33,700 nucleotides of DNA from Acidobacteriota bacterium (GTDB lineage: Bacteria; Acidobacteriota; Blastocatellia; RBC074), in assembly GCA_017991275.1 (NCBI GenBank), contig JAGNMH010000001.1, forward strand, positions 1 through 33,700, read 5' to 3'. Both the position numbers and the translations under genes were made by a program. Numbering within the stretch: the stretch's first letter is position 1; each line of letters starts with the position of its first letter. Of this stretch, positions 26,717 through 33,700 are shown piece after piece. The notes beneath the pieces are model-generated. The model made no database searches. It was not told the origin of the DNA and was given only the letters and a program-made list of their open reading frames with translations.

Positions 26717-27813
26717 CATTCCTTTTGTGAATTCAAAATTCGAACTCGGTGCGCTTCGCTGTCTCCAATAAAAATCTTGCCGTTCTTATCCACAAACACT
26801 CCATGCGGACGAGCCAGCGCGCAGGCCAACGGATCGCCATCCGAACCGTTTCCCTTCTGGCCGGTTCCGGCGACCAATTCTATGGTCATTTTTTTTAGAT
26901 CAATCATCCGAATGGAATGGCTTTCGGTGTCGGCCAGATAAACGTTTCCGTTCGGAGCTATGCTCAACCCTTTCGGCCCGGACAATGCAGCCAGCCTCGC
27001 CGGGCCACCGTTGCCCGTGAAGCCTTGCTTGCCGGTTCCGGCGATATGGTGAATTGTCCCGGCTTTCAAATCCAGTTTGTAAACAGCATTTCCTTCTCGC
27101 AAAGCCAGCCAAAGATTTCCTTGCCCGTCGAAGTCAATCGCGCGTGGGCCGTTCAAAGGCGTTCCGGCGATCTTGGCTCCGTCCGGCGTAGCTTTCTTTT
27201 CGCCTGTTCCGGCAAAAGTCGTGATTCCCCCATTCTTCATATCAACCTTGCGAATGCGATGGTTGAGTATGTCGCAGATGTACAAATCACCTTTGTTGTC
27301 GAATTGAATGCTGTGAGGTTGATTCATCTCGGCTTTGGTCGCCGCTCCGCCATCGCCGGAAAAACCAGACTGGCCAGTTCCGGCAATCGTCGTGATGATT
27401 TGAGTCCGACGATCCACCCGGCGAACAACGTGGTTCATTCGCTCGACGACGAACAGGTTGCCGTTTCGGTCAAAGCGCACTTCGTAAGGTTCGTTCAACT
27501 CGGCTTTTGTCGCCGCTCCGCCGTCGCCGGAATAACCTTTCCTGCCCGAACCGGCGACAGTCGTGATCACGCCTTTGCTATCAATGCGACGAACGGCGTG
27601 ATTCATTGTGTCGCAAAAATAGATGGCGTTATCCGGGCCGACGACTACACCAAACGGATTGTTCAACTCAGCATTTGAAGCTTGACCGCCATCGCCCGAA
27701 TATCCGGCCTGACCGGTTCCCGCAATGCTTCTGATTTGAGTTTTCGGCGACTGACCGGCTATGCCGATGACAACCGTGAACAACATCAACGCGATACATC
27801 CGAATCTTTTCAC
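26716..27813 (-). CDS. Secreted six-bladed NHL-repeat beta-propeller protein
   Basis: Six consecutive repeats of about 50 aa follow the pattern G(Y/F)SGDGG.A..A.LN.P..v..d..Gn.y..D..NH..R..d. I chose the GTG at 27813, preceded by GGGAGA, which gives the signal peptide VKRFGCIALMLFTVVIGIAG. The ORF-track ATG at 27891 adds 26 residues before the signal peptide and has no RBS. Confidence 0.85.
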   Translation of the reverse strand: MKRFGCIALMLFTVVIGIAGQSPKTQIRSIAGTGQAGYSGDGGQASNAELNNPFGVVVGPDNAIYFCDTMNHAVRRIDSKGVITTVAGSGRKGYSGDGGAATKAELNEPYEVRFDRNGNLFVVERMNHVVRRVDRRTQIITTIAGTGQSGFSGDGGAATKAEMNQPHSIQFDNKGDLYICDILNHRIRKVDMKNGGITTFAGTGEKKATPDGAKIAGTPLNGPRAIDFDGQGNLWLALREGNAVYKLDLKAGTIHHIAGTGKQGFTGNGGPARLAALSGPKGLSIAPNGNVYLADTESHSIRMIDLKKMTIELVAGTGQKGNGSDGDPLACALARPHGVFVDKNGKIFIGDSEAHRVRILNSQKE

Positions 27814-27927
27814 GCTTTGTTTTCTCCCTGGACAAGATTGGTTTGACCACATTGGAAGGCTGCCATAAGATGCGCGCCATCCGCAACACATCTGAAGTAG
27901 TTCAACATTTCAACCGGAGAAAAGATC

Positions 27928-30186
27928 ATGATCGGCAGCAAAAATTTCAAAGTCGCGCTGTTGATTCTCGCGCTAACCTGCGCGGGTTGGGCGGTTTCCG
28001 ACGAACGAAAGTTCAGCGAAGACGAAAAGAATTATTGGGCCTTCCAACCTGTTCGCAAACCTGCTGCGCCCGCAGTTAATCAGGGCGCCTGGGTAAAAAC
28101 CCCAGTTGATGCTTTTATCCTGAAAGAACTGGAAGCCAAACAAATTGCACCAGGTGCGGCTGCCGACAAAGTTACTCTGATTCGCCGAGCAACCTTTGAC
28201 CTGACCGGCTTGCCGCCGACACCTGAAGAAGTCGCCGCCTTTGTCGCCGACCGGTCGTCAAAAGCCTTTGAAAAAGTCGTTGACCGCCTGCTCGCTTCGC
28301 CGCATTACGGCGAAAAGTGGGCGCGGCATTGGCTTGATCTGGCTCGATACGCCGACAGCGATGGCTTCAAAGCCGACGACACTCGCCCAAACATCTGGCG
28401 TTACCGCGATTACGTCATCAAATCCTTCAACGCCGACAAACCTTACAACCGATTCGTCAAAGAACAACTTGCCGGAGACGAACTTTGGCCGGAAGACCCT
28501 GAAGCAGTGGTGGCAACCGGTTTCAACCGCCACTTCCCCGACGAATACAACGCTCGTAATTTATTGCAACGGCGGCAGGAAATTCTGAACGACATCACCG
28601 ACACCACGGGCGCGGTGTTTATGGGAATGACTTATGGCTGCGCACGATGCCACGATCACAAATTCGATCCGATTCTGCACAAAGACTATTACAAGCTTCA
28701 GGCATTTTTTGCCGGTTCACGAGCCAAAGACGATTACGTGTTGGCTTCGAAAACCCAGCAAGCCGAATACAATCGCCAACGCGCCAACTGGGAATCGCAG
28801 ACCAAAGACTTGCGCGAACAAATGACCCAACTGGAAGCGCCCGCCCTGAAATCGCTTTATGACGACGGTTTTGAAAAGTTCACTGAAGACGTCAAAGACG
28901 CCATCAACACCGAACCGGAAAAGCGCAGTTCGATGCAGTGGTTGATGTACCACAAAGCTCAGTGGCAATTACATTACGGAGTTGACGAAGACGGCAACGG
29001 CATCGGCCAAAAGCTGAAAGGCGAACAGAAAAAAGAGTGGGAGGCGTTAAGAAAACAACTCGCTGCCTTCGATTCCATCAAGCCTAAGCCGTTGCCAATC
29101 GGCTCCGGCCTGACTGATGTTGGCCGTGAGGCCCCCGCAACTCACATTTTGAAAGTCGGCGCTTATGACGTTCCCCTGGCCGAAGTGCAGCCGGGCTTTC
29201 TAACAATCATTGACCGCCAACCGGCGAAGATTCTGCCAACTGCAAATCCGAATTCAACAGGCCGACGTGCTGCGCTGGCCGCCTGGCTGACCGATCCGAA
29301 AAATCCGCTGACCGCTCGTGTCATGGCCAATCGGATATGGCATTACCACTTTGGCCGTGGCCTGGTGGCCACCCCCAGCGACTTTGGCTTTGCAGGAGAA
29401 ACCGACGGTAATCTGGAACTGCTGGACTGGCTGTCCAGCACATTTGTCGAGCAAGGCTGGAGCATCAAGAAAATGCACCGGACGATTATGCTGTCCAGCG
29501 TTTACCAACAAAGCTCCGCGTTCAATGAATCCGCCGCCAAAGTTGATCCTGACAACAAACTGCTCTGGAGATTCCGCCGCCAGCGACTGACCGGCGAAGA
29601 AGTCCGCGATGCCGTGCTGGCCGTCAGCGGGCAACTTAATCGGCAAATGTTCGGCACTCCCGTCTTTCCTGAAATACCGGCTGGTTTGGACATCCGCGGT
29701 GGGTGGAAAAAGGGCGAAAGCGAAGAAGCCAAAAATCGCCGCAGCATTTATGTTTTTGTCCGTCGCAACTCGCGCTATCCGATGTTCGCGGCTTTCGATA
29801 TGCCTGACACTCACGAAAGTTGCGCCCGCCGTTCTGTAACCACGACCGCGCCGCAAGCATTGTCTTTGCTTAACGACAATATGATTTTACGCGCCGCTCG
29901 AAACTTTGCTGGGCGAGTGCTGACCGATTGCCAGAACGACGTAAATGCTCAAATCAATGCGGCTTACCGGTTGGCGTTTTCGCGCGAACCCGATGCCGCC
30001 GAACGAAAACTGGCCGTCGAGTTTCTGCGAAAACAAACGGCGCTGGTCAAATCACCGACGAATCAAAAGAACTCCGCTGAGTTCACTGCCAAACTGTCGT
30101 CAACAATTGATCCGGCTCACGTCGCAGCCTTTACCGATTTCTGCCACGTGCTGCTCAACTCAAACGAATTCGTTTACGTCAACTAG
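27928..30186 (+). CDS. Exported DUF1549 (PSCyt2) + DUF1553 (PSD1) protein lacking the N-terminal cytochrome c domain
   Basis: GGAGA RBS and a signal peptide. Family blocks include [12 protein letters not shown]...HYGEKWARHWLDLARYADSDGFK, the CxxCH motif CARCH (28639-28653) and NPLTARVMANRIWHYHFG. It is a shorter paralog of the 1028-aa protein. Confidence 0.9.
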   Translation: MIGSKNFKVALLILALTCAGWAVSDERKFSEDEKNYWAFQPVRKPAAPAVNQGAWVKTPVDAFILKELEAKQIAPGAAADKVTLIRRATFDLTGLPPTPEEVAAFVADRSSKAFEKVVDRLLASPHYGEKWARHWLDLARYADSDGFKADDTRPNIWRYRDYVIKSFNADKPYNRFVKEQLAGDELWPEDPEAVVATGFNRHFPDEYNARNLLQRRQEILNDITDTTGAVFMGMTYGCARCHDHKFDPILHKDYYKLQAFFAGSRAKDDYVLASKTQQAEYNRQRANWESQTKDLREQMTQLEAPALKSLYDDGFEKFTEDVKDAINTEPEKRSSMQWLMYHKAQWQLHYGVDEDGNGIGQKLKGEQKKEWEALRKQLAAFDSIKPKPLPIGSGLTDVGREAPATHILKVGAYDVPLAEVQPGFLTIIDRQPAKILPTANPNSTGRRAALAAWLTDPKNPLTARVMANRIWHYHFGRGLVATPSDFGFAGETDGNLELLDWLSSTFVEQGWSIKKMHRTIMLSSVYQQSSAFNESAAKVDPDNKLLWRFRRQRLTGEEVRDAVLAVSGQLNRQMFGTPVFPEIPAGLDIRGGWKKGESEEAKNRRSIYVFVRRNSRYPMFAAFDMPDTHESCARRSVTTTAPQALSLLNDNMILRAARNFAGRVLTDCQNDVNAQINAAYRLAFSREPDAAERKLAVEFLRKQTALVKSPTNQKNSAEFTAKLSSTIDPAHVAAFTDFCHVLLNSNEFVYVN

Positions 30187-30196
30187 AGGTGTCGAG

Positions 30197-31645
30197 ATGA
30201 AGCGATCAAACCGGGAAACTTTATCTGCTGAAACCAGCGCGTTAATTAATCGCCGTAATTTCCTTTCACAATCCGGCGCGGGGTTGTCTTCGTTGGCGCT
30301 GACTTCGATGTTGGCCGAAGACGGATTTGCTTTCGGCGAACAAAAACCACTTGACCCACTGACCCCCAAAAAGCCGCATCACACGCCAAAGGCGAAGTCA
30401 GTCATCTTTCTGTTTATGGAAGGCGGCGTCAGCCACATTGACACCTTTGACCCGAAACCGGCGCTGGATAAACTGGCGGGCAAGCCGATGCCGGAATCTT
30501 TTGGTCGTCCGGTGACAGCAATGGGGACGGCTTCAAACACGATTATGCCCAGCCGCCGCACCTGGAAAAATTATGGTCAGAGCGGCATTCCAGTTTCCGA
30601 CTGGTTCCCCAACGTAGCCGAACACGTGGACGATCTGGCGATAATTCGATCCTGTTGGGCTGACGGATTGAATCATGTTGGTTCGGTTTGTCAGATGAAC
30701 ACCGGTTCGATTCTGGCCGGACGGCCTTCGCTCGGAGCCTGGGCGACTTACGGACTTGGGACTTCGAATCAGAATCTGCCTAGCTTTGTCGTCATGGCCG
30801 ACGACAAAGAAGTTCTGGGAGGCCCGAAAAACTGGAGCGCAGGTTTTCTGCCAGCGGTTTATCAAGGCACTCAGTTCCGCACAGGTGATGCGCCCATCTT
30901 CCATCTGAAAACGCCAGACAGCATCAGCGAAGCTCAGCAACGCGGCAAACTGGATTTTCTGGCGCAACTTAACGAACGGTTTTCAGCAGACAAAGCGGAC
31001 GATAACGAATTGCTGGCCAGACTGAATTCTTACGAACTGGCCTATCGAATGCAGTCCGCCGCTCCAGAAGCCGTTGACCTGACCAAAGAATCCGAGGCAA
31101 CAAAAAAGTTGTATGGAATTGATAATCCAGCAACTGCCAAATTCGGCACAATGAGCTTGCTGGCCAGGCGATTGGTCGAACGCAACGTCAGATTCGTGCA
31201 GTTGTATTCCGGTTCCGGCAGTGCCTGGGACGCTCACAACAACCTGGAAGGCAATCACACAAAGATGTGCCTGAGCGTGGACAAACCAATTGCCGGTTTG
31301 CTGGCCGACCTGAAAGCGACTGGCTTGCTGGATACGACGCTGGTCGTTTGGGGAGGCGAATTTGGCCGCACTCCGTTCAACGAAAAAGGCGATGGCCGAG
31401 ATCACAATCCTTGGGGATTCACGATGTGGATGGCTGGCGCTGGAATCAAAGGCGGCCAGATCATCGGTGTGACTGATGAAATAGGTTTGAAGGCGATTGA
31501 AAAACGCGCTCATGTTCACGACCTGCACGCGACGATCATGCACTTGATGGGGTTGAACCACCTGAAGACGACTTACTTTCACAACGGTCGCAACGAACGC
31601 GCGACAATCAACGACGGCGCAGTGATACGCGAACTTGTTTCGTAA
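30197..31645 (+). CDS. TAT-exported DUF1501-family protein (second copy)
   Basis: The ATG at 30197 lies 10 nt after the upstream stop, with GAGG upstream. The twin-arginine signal is INRRNFLSQSGAGLSSLAL. Family motifs are [25 protein letters not shown] and GRDHN. The ORF-track start at 29945 would overlap the upstream gene. Confidence 0.9.
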   Translation: MKRSNRETLSAETSALINRRNFLSQSGAGLSSLALTSMLAEDGFAFGEQKPLDPLTPKKPHHTPKAKSVIFLFMEGGVSHIDTFDPKPALDKLAGKPMPESFGRPVTAMGTASNTIMPSRRTWKNYGQSGIPVSDWFPNVAEHVDDLAIIRSCWADGLNHVGSVCQMNTGSILAGRPSLGAWATYGLGTSNQNLPSFVVMADDKEVLGGPKNWSAGFLPAVYQGTQFRTGDAPIFHLKTPDSISEAQQRGKLDFLAQLNERFSADKADDNELLARLNSYELAYRMQSAAPEAVDLTKESEATKKLYGIDNPATAKFGTMSLLARRLVERNVRFVQLYSGSGSAWDAHNNLEGNHTKMCLSVDKPIAGLLADLKATGLLDTTLVVWGGEFGRTPFNEKGDGRDHNPWGFTMWMAGAGIKGGQIIGVTDEIGLKAIEKRAHVHDLHATIMHLMGLNHLKTTYFHNGRNERATINDGAVIRELVS

Positions 31646-31650
31646 CTAAC

Positions 31651-31754
31651 AATGCCATTAACCATTAGCCATTGACCATTAAGCATTATCGGTCAGGGTA
31701 CAAAAGGCTTCCCCTATCGGTTAATGGGTAATGGCGAATGGGCAATGGTTAATT
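31651..31754. repeat. Heptad-phased inverted repeat (CCATT x5 left arm, AATGG x4-5 right arm)
   Basis: CCATT/GCATT cores start at 31655, 31662, 31669, 31676 and 31683. AATGG cores start at 31723, 31730, 31737 and 31744, with a degenerate one at 31751. The arms pair at the cores (9+5+5+5 bp) with 2-nt mismatched spacers. A TATCGGT direct repeat lies at 31687 and 31715. Confidence 0.8.
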
Positions 31755-31767
31755 TCTGAAAAGGCAG

Positions 31768-32445
31768 ATGAAAGAGACAAAAGAGCAGCTTAAAACCCGC
31801 ACTCAACAAATCATCCGCGCTTTGAAAAAAGCCTACCCCGAAGCCGAATGCGCTCTGAATCACTCCAATCCATTCGAGCTTTTGGTTGCCACAATCCTGT
31901 CGGCTCAATGCACAGACGAGCGAGTCAACATCGTCACTTCAACACTTTTCAGAAAGTACCTAAGCGTCGCCGACTTTGCCTCCGCTGATCCGGCTGAACT
32001 TGAGAAGGACATCAGCTCAGTCAATTTCTTCCGCAACAAAGCCAAGTCCATCCAAACGACTGCCAAGCTGTTGCTGGAAAAACATAACGGCGAATTGCCT
32101 CAGACGTTGGAAGAACTGACGCAGCTTGCCGGAGTTGGCCGCAAAACAGCCAACGTTGTTTTGGGCACGGCTTTCGGAATTCCAACCGGAGTGGTCGTGG
32201 ACACTCACGTTTCGCGGCTGACTCAATTGCTTGGGCTGACGAAAAACAAAGACGCGGTAAAGATCGAACAAGATTTGATTGAATTGGTGCCGAAGAAAGA
32301 ATGGATTGATTTTTCGCACCGGCTGATCTGGCACGGTCGCCGAGTCTGCAAAGCTCGCAAACCGAATTGCGCCGAATGCTCGCTGGAATCGCTTTGCCCG
32401 TCTTCTTTGCTGAAATCGGCTACTGACAAAAAGAAGACAAGATAA
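31768..32445 (+). CDS. nth: Endonuclease III (DNA-(apurinic or apyrimidinic site) lyase / thymine glycol glycosylase)
   Basis: HhH-GPD motif LTQLAGVGRKTANVVLG with the catalytic Lys, and an Asp in VVDTHV. The C-terminal 4Fe-4S loop is C-x6-C-x2-C-x5-C (CKARKPNCAECSLESLC). Confidence 0.95.
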   Translation: MKETKEQLKTRTQQIIRALKKAYPEAECALNHSNPFELLVATILSAQCTDERVNIVTSTLFRKYLSVADFASADPAELEKDISSVNFFRNKAKSIQTTAKLLLEKHNGELPQTLEELTQLAGVGRKTANVVLGTAFGIPTGVVVDTHVSRLTQLLGLTKNKDAVKIEQDLIELVPKKEWIDFSHRLIWHGRRVCKARKPNCAECSLESLCPSSLLKSATDKKKTR

Positions 32446-32498
32446 CGGAACAGACGGAAATCTCCGTTTCTTCCGTTATTTCCGTCTGTTCCGTTATC
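32441..32498. terminator. 21-bp perfect inverted repeat between convergent nth and cupin genes (bidirectional terminator candidate)
   Basis: GATAACGGAACAGACGGAAAT (32441-32461) pairs with ATTTCCGTCTGTTCCGTTATC (32478-32498) around a 16-nt loop. The element is built from ACGGAA/TTCCGT units and overlaps the nth stop codon. Confidence 0.65.
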
Positions 32499-32513
32499 TC
32501 TCCAACCATTCAC

Positions 32514-33494
32514 TCAAAGGGAACTGGCCTGCAACAGGTCAGCTGGCAAACTCACTTCCAACAACTCAAGTCCCGCGCCTGGCTCTAACGAAAAATCCAA
32601 GCCAGCAGGAACCACGCAACTGTCACCAGACAACAATTGATGCTTCCCTTCTTCGCGGCTAACAAAGCCAAGCTCTCCATTCAGCACAAACAGAAACAGA
32701 AATTCGCCTTCGTGCCGTTGCTTGCTGGCTGACGCCTTTGCCACAAACCGATGAACTCGTGCCGAAGCCAACCCATTCGTAGCCGCCGCGATTCCCGTGT
32801 CGCGTTTTTCGCAACCGGCAATCGGTGAAGCCGTCCAGTTGGCTTCGCTGGCGATGTGACGAACGAATCGCTGACCGCCGAAAAGCCGTTCTGGCAAAAC
32901 TCGCCCGGTTGGAAGCTGCAATTGGTGTTCGACAAAAGTTTCGTGAACCGCTGGGCTGCCGATTTCTATCACTTCCAAGCCCGGCGAAGACTCCAGCACT
33001 CGATGGCGAATCTCCGGCGGCTGCAACACGCAGTCTCCAGGATGAAGCACGAACGGTTCGCCCTGATCCTCGTAAACCACGCGCACCCATCCAGCTTTGC
33101 AGTAAATCATCTGAAAGCGAACTTTGTGGAAATGAACGTAATCCGGCACTTCTCCGCCGCCGGGAATGCGAATGTGCGAAGCGATAAAGCGCCCACTCAA
33201 TCTGCCTGGAATCAAATCGCGGTATTCCATCCCGGCTCGCCCAATGTGCCATGCGTCGGCGGAACTCGCCCGGCTGATGACCAATCCTTTGGCATCGTTC
33301 GCCAACTCGCCATCTGTTTGGGTGGAATCCAACCGCAAAGTGACGCCGTGACCGGACACCACGGCTGCACGCGGAGCATCCGCCGGAACAATCATCTCCA
33401 ATCGGAAGCCCAGACGGTCAGTAAAAAACTCTATCGCCTCAGTCAGATCAGGACATGGCAACGCGATTAAACTGGTTTGTTTATCAATGCTCAT
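32514..33494 (-). CDS. VOC/glyoxalase-like N-terminal domain fused to a bicupin
   Basis: The N-terminal LPCPDLTEAIEFFTDRLGFRLEMIV resembles a VOC fold. Two cupin-like barrels follow (GGEVPDYVHFHKVRFQMIYCKAGWVRVVYE...PPEIRHRVLE and HEGEFLFLFVLNGELGFV). The substrate is unknown. Confidence 0.8.
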   Translation of the reverse strand: MSIDKQTSLIALPCPDLTEAIEFFTDRLGFRLEMIVPADAPRAAVVSGHGVTLRLDSTQTDGELANDAKGLVISRASSADAWHIGRAGMEYRDLIPGRLSGRFIASHIRIPGGGEVPDYVHFHKVRFQMIYCKAGWVRVVYEDQGEPFVLHPGDCVLQPPEIRHRVLESSPGLEVIEIGSPAVHETFVEHQLQLPTGRVLPERLFGGQRFVRHIASEANWTASPIAGCEKRDTGIAAATNGLASARVHRFVAKASASKQRHEGEFLFLFVLNGELGFVSREEGKHQLLSGDSCVVPAGLDFSLEPGAGLELLEVSLPADLLQASSL

Positions 33495-33622
33495 TCGTCT
33501 CTTATCCCTGTCAGTAAAACTAAAGCAAGGTCGCTACTTTTCTTCTCAACACATCGCCGCTCTGTTAAATTCCTTGCCGCTGTAAAACCGCAAACTCAAC
33601 CCACAATCAAAAGGAGATTCCC

Positions 33623-33700
33623 GTGAACGATAAATCGTCTCAACAACCGTCTCGCCGCGATATGCTCAAAACCACTGTGGCCTCACTCGCCGGTCTAGGC
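33623..33700 (+). CDS. 5-prime end of a TAT-signal protein (partial, runs off the window)
   Basis: The GTG at 33623 lies 6 nt after AAGGAG (33611-33616). The translation VNDKSSQQPSRRDMLKTTVASLAGLG has a twin-arginine signal pattern. Only 26 codons are visible. Confidence 0.6.
   Translation, partial: MNDKSSQQPSRRDMLKTTVASLAGLG

Noticed and set aside
26917-27678. 253-aa plus-strand ORF antisense to the NHL gene. Analogous ORFs occur at 29254-29856 (-), 30983-31582 (-) and 32856-33470 (+).
   Set aside because: All are shadows of genes with clear family motifs on the other strand. None has an RBS or recognisable motifs.
27814-27891. N-terminal extension of the NHL gene to the ATG at 27891
   Set aside because: It adds 26 residues (MCCGWRASYGSLPMWSNQSCPGRKQS) before the signal peptide, has no RBS, and leaves only 36 bp to the divergent gene. 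The GTG at 27813 with GGGAGA upstream is the better start. The extension cannot be fully excluded without proteomics or ribosome profiling.
29945-30196. Upstream extension of the second DUF1501 ORF (ORF-track start at 29945)
   Set aside because: It would overlap the last 240 nt of the DUF1549/DUF1553 gene in another frame. The ATG at 30197 has a GAGG RBS and begins directly with a twin-arginine signal peptide.
1-33700. Scan for mobile elements, prophage or defence genes, tRNA/rRNA and CRISPR
   Set aside because: No transposase, integrase, toxin-antitoxin or known defence-system signatures appear in any of the supported ORFs. Every intergenic gap is at most 374 bp, and none showed tRNA-like or rRNA-like sequence by eye.

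Overview
The window is a densely coding chromosomal segment with 26 protein-coding genes, one of them partial at the right edge. I found no rRNA, tRNA, CRISPR array, transposase or integrase. Gene content points to a diderm soil or aquatic bacterium, probably Acidobacteriota or the PVC group. That placement is inference from the gene families only.

Left to right:
- 200-4414: a putative envelope-stress block with an HtrA/DegP protease, a polybasic peptidoglycan-binding protein, an ECF-type sigma factor and a membrane anti-sigma-like TPR protein.
- 4513-5010: a small TPR-like protein.
- 5136-8444: a three-gene succinate dehydrogenase/fumarate reductase operon (anchor-sdhA-sdhB) with a single non-canonical membrane anchor.
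- 8540-18216: exported enzymes, namely a lipoprotein metallophosphoesterase, an active plus inactive M16 peptidase pair, a CpsB-type PHP tyrosine phosphatase, an esterase, a 685-aa secreted alpha/beta-hydrolase-like protein and an M48 metalloprotease.
- 18591-31645: the most interesting part, a seven-gene locus in which every product is exported. Two divergently arranged pairs of DUF1549-DUF1553 (PSCyt/PSD-type) and TAT-exported DUF1501 proteins flank a six-bladed NHL propeller. Two tandem PQQ-like beta-propeller paralogs follow. These families have no assigned biochemical function as far as I know.
- 31768-33700: endonuclease III, a VOC-bicupin protein and the start of a TAT-signal protein.

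Several intergenic regions carry unusually structured DNA:
- a 19-nt tandem repeat (4 copies) abutting the start codon of the cytochrome-containing PSCyt gene;
- a heptad-phased CCATT/AATGG inverted repeat before nth;
- a 21-bp perfect inverted repeat built from ACGGAA units;
- a 17-bp perfect compound hairpin after sdhB;
- a nested GGGACTAC hairpin.

All functional calls rest on motifs read by eye from the translated ORFs. No database search was run.
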